A DNA stretch of 64,000 bases, taken from a virus. Its lineage: Duplodnaviria > Caudoviricetes. The position numbers and the translations under genes are program-made. Under the pieces are notes generated by a model. That model was not told the origin of the DNA and did no database searches. It worked only from the letters and a program-made list of their open reading frames with translations. Positions 62,074-64,000 of the stretch are shown here, one piece after another. The stretch covers positions 1-64,000 of IMG/VR virus record IMGVR_UViG_3300032225_002400. The stretch is one strand, 5' to 3'. The number at the start of each line of letters is the position of its first letter. Position 1 is the stretch's first letter.

Positions 62074-64000
62074 TGCCAAGTTTTATTATAAATATTAATG
62101 GAAATAATTATTCAGTAGGTTATGATGGAACCTTTAATAGTCCGCAAGGTTTACTTCCTGCATTAAATAATTTAGGATTTGGTACATTTTGGATTGAACA
62201 AATAAGTGGAAATAATGTATTAACTACAACAGATAATGTAAATATATATGGGACTGCTTCTACTAATCCTGACCCAACTACCACAACAACTACCACAACA
62301 ACTACATTAAGTCCTATAATTTGGACTTCAACACCTTCTTGTGCAGGAGATGGAATAAATGGAACAGGTGTAATTACTTTAAGTAATATTACAGGTGGAA
62401 GTGGTATTTATTTATATGCAGGAATTGGTACAACTCAACAAAATGCTGCAGCAAATGTGTTAAATCCTGCAACAAGAACTACTATTACAGGGCCTACAGT
62501 GACATTTAGTTCATTAACTAATGGAATTTATTATACTGCAGTTCAAGATAATGCAGGAGGATTACATTTCTCTAATCAAATAAATGTATCTTGTAATAAT
62601 ACTACAACTACTACAACTACAATAGCTCCTACAACTACTACGACTACAAGTACAACAAGTACAACTAGTTCAACTACTACAAGTACAACACAGCCCGGAC
62701 CAACGACTACAAGTACAACAACTACTACTACAACATTATTTGCTCAAACAGTAAGATATGCAAGTAATCAAACAGATGCATGCTTAAATCCTACAGGAAC
62801 ACAGAATGTAACAGGTAATGCCACATCTTTTTGTAGTTGTACTATATTTAATTCTGCAGGTTTTGTAACACTTCCTAATGGTAACTATGTATTAGCATAT
62901 AGTGGTAGTACATTAAATATTAATATATCAGGATTCCCTACTACAACAGCTACAGTTTATGGCGGTGGATGTGGAACATGCCCTTTAAGCACTTCAACTA
63001 CTACTACAAGTACTACACCTCAACAAGTTTGGTATCAATTAACAAATTGTAACGGCGGTGGTACTGTTTATACAACAAATTATGATATTGGGTATGCGTC
63101 TATTAATAATAGAGTTTTTGGAAATGTTTTAGGTGTACCTTCAACATTAGTAGTAGCGAGTGTATTATTTAGTAACCCCGGAGGAAGTCAAATTGGAATT
63201 GTAAATTCAGGTTTAACAGGTTGTCCTTCTACTTCTACAACTACTACAACTACGACATTAGCTGTAGTTACATTATCTACTACTGCATCATGTATAAATG
63301 TAGGATTAAATGGGGATGGTAGAATTGTTGCAAATAACTTTGCAGGTGGTAGTGGTACATATCAATATGCAGGTATTGGAACTTCAGAAGCTAATGCAAT
63401 TTCTGCAGCTTTAAATCCTGCAACAAGAGTAACAATTTCAGGTTCTAGTGTAACATTTAGCTCATTAACAAATGGTAACTATTGGGTAGCTATTGTTGAT
63501 AGTTTAGGTAACATTGGTATATCTACTCAAACATCAGTTTCTTGTAATGTAACTACTACTACAAGCACAACTACAACTACAACTACTATCCAGCAAGTAT
63601 GGTATGCAATGGATATTTGTTATGTTGGCGGAACTGCTAATTCAACAAATTATGATATTGGATACGCTTCAGTTGGAAGTAGAGTATTTGGAACTGTTTC
63701 AGGTACTCCTCAAACATTAGTTGTAAATGCAGTTTTAACATCTAATCCAGGTGGAACTCAAATAGGAATTGTAAACTCAGGATTTACAGGATGCCCTGCT
63801 ACTACTACTACAAGTACAACAAGTACTACAACAACAGCTCCACCTGTAACAGCAAATATTAGCTCTGTTTGTACAGGAATCACTCAAACAATAACTGTTG
63901 ATACATTTGGTGGAGGTACAGGAATTTACTTTGCTAGTACAACCACTTATGCAGACCCTGGAAGTGCTGTTGCAGGTCCTTTACAATCTGTTTCAGGTTC
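62073..64000 (+). CDS. Partial modular spike: Cys-bounded beta domains joined by poly-Thr linkers (not in track; runs off the window)
   Basis: ATG overlaps the upstream stop (TAATG); frame open to 64000; duplicated SprB-like 'TFSSLTNG.Y..A..D..G' and 'QQVWY...TNYDIGYAS...SNPGG.QIGIVNSG.TGCP' modules. Confidence 0.85.
   Translation, partial: MPSFIININGNNYSVGYDGTFNSPQGLLPALNNLGFGTFWIEQISGNNVLTTTDNVNIYGTASTNPDPTTTTTTTTTTLSPIIWTSTPSCAGDGINGTGVITLSNITGGSGIYLYAGIGTTQQNAAANVLNPATRTTITGPTVTFSSLTNGIYYTAVQDNAGGLHFSNQINVSCNNTTTTTTTIAPTTTTTTSTTSTTSSTTTSTTQPGPTTTSTTTTTTTLFAQTVRYASNQTDACLNPTGTQNVTGNATSFCSCTIFNSAGFVTLPNGNYVLAYSGSTLNINISGFPTTTATVYGGGCGTCPLSTSTTTTSTTPQQVWYQLTNCNGGGTVYTTNYDIGYASINNRVFGNVLGVPSTLVVASVLFSNPGGSQIGIVNSGLTGCPSTSTTTTTTTLAVVTLSTTASCINVGLNGDGRIVANNFAGGSGTYQYAGIGTSEANAISAALNPATRVTISGSSVTFSSLTNGNYWVAIVDSLGNIGISTQTSVSCNVTTTTSTTTTTTTIQQVWYAMDICYVGGTANSTNYDIGYASVGSRVFGTVSGTPQTLVVNAVLTSNPGGTQIGIVNSGFTGCPATTTTSTTSTTTTAPPVTANISSVCTGITQTITVDTFGGGTGIYFASTTTYADPGSAVAGPLQSVSG

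Noticed and set aside
62073-64000. Duplicated modules as a diversity-generating retroelement TR/VR pair
   Set aside because: Both copies are in-frame coding domains, differences are not confined to adenines, and no reverse transcriptase is present in the window.
1-64000. tRNA, rRNA, integrase, transposase, DNA polymerase, terminase or portal genes; stop-codon reassignment
   Set aside because: None recognised by eye; long ORFs are intact under the standard bacterial code and all three stops are used. Such genes could lie outside the window.

Overview
A strongly AT-rich, gene-dense segment of a large dsDNA virus genome. The host is most likely a Bacteroidota bacterium: TAnnTTTG -7 promoter boxes recur, translation starts are A-rich without Shine-Dalgarno sequences, and there is a Bacteroidota-type ArsR gene. 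Layout: (i) 1-680 non-coding with short repeats; (ii) 0.7-10.5 kb early/replication genes, including a T4-like cytosine-modification set (alpha-glucosyltransferase, MazG, dCMP deaminase, dCMP hydroxymethylase-type enzyme); (iii) 10.5-15 kb glycan-modification genes; (iv) 15.3-23.2 kb three large modular proteins punctuated by about 25 copies of a [MLFY]xxGG motif; (v) 23-28 kb muramidases and lysis genes; (vi) 29-51 kb and 58-64 kb a morphogenesis region. That region holds an FtsK/HerA (A32/P9-like) ATPase, a beta-rich 233-aa capsid candidate with a distant paralog, more than 30 small single-TM proteins, a zincin protease and fibre/spike proteins. No terminase, portal, HK97 capsid or tail tube/sheath gene is recognisable in the window, so a tailless, membrane-containing virion is the leading but unproven hypothesis. 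Track corrections: the four glycosyltransferase ORFs at 52241-58002 are labelled '+' in the track but lie on the minus strand; about 15 small ORFs (<60 aa) and the open-ended ORF from 62073 are missing from it. All family assignments come from motif recognition by eye; no searches were run.
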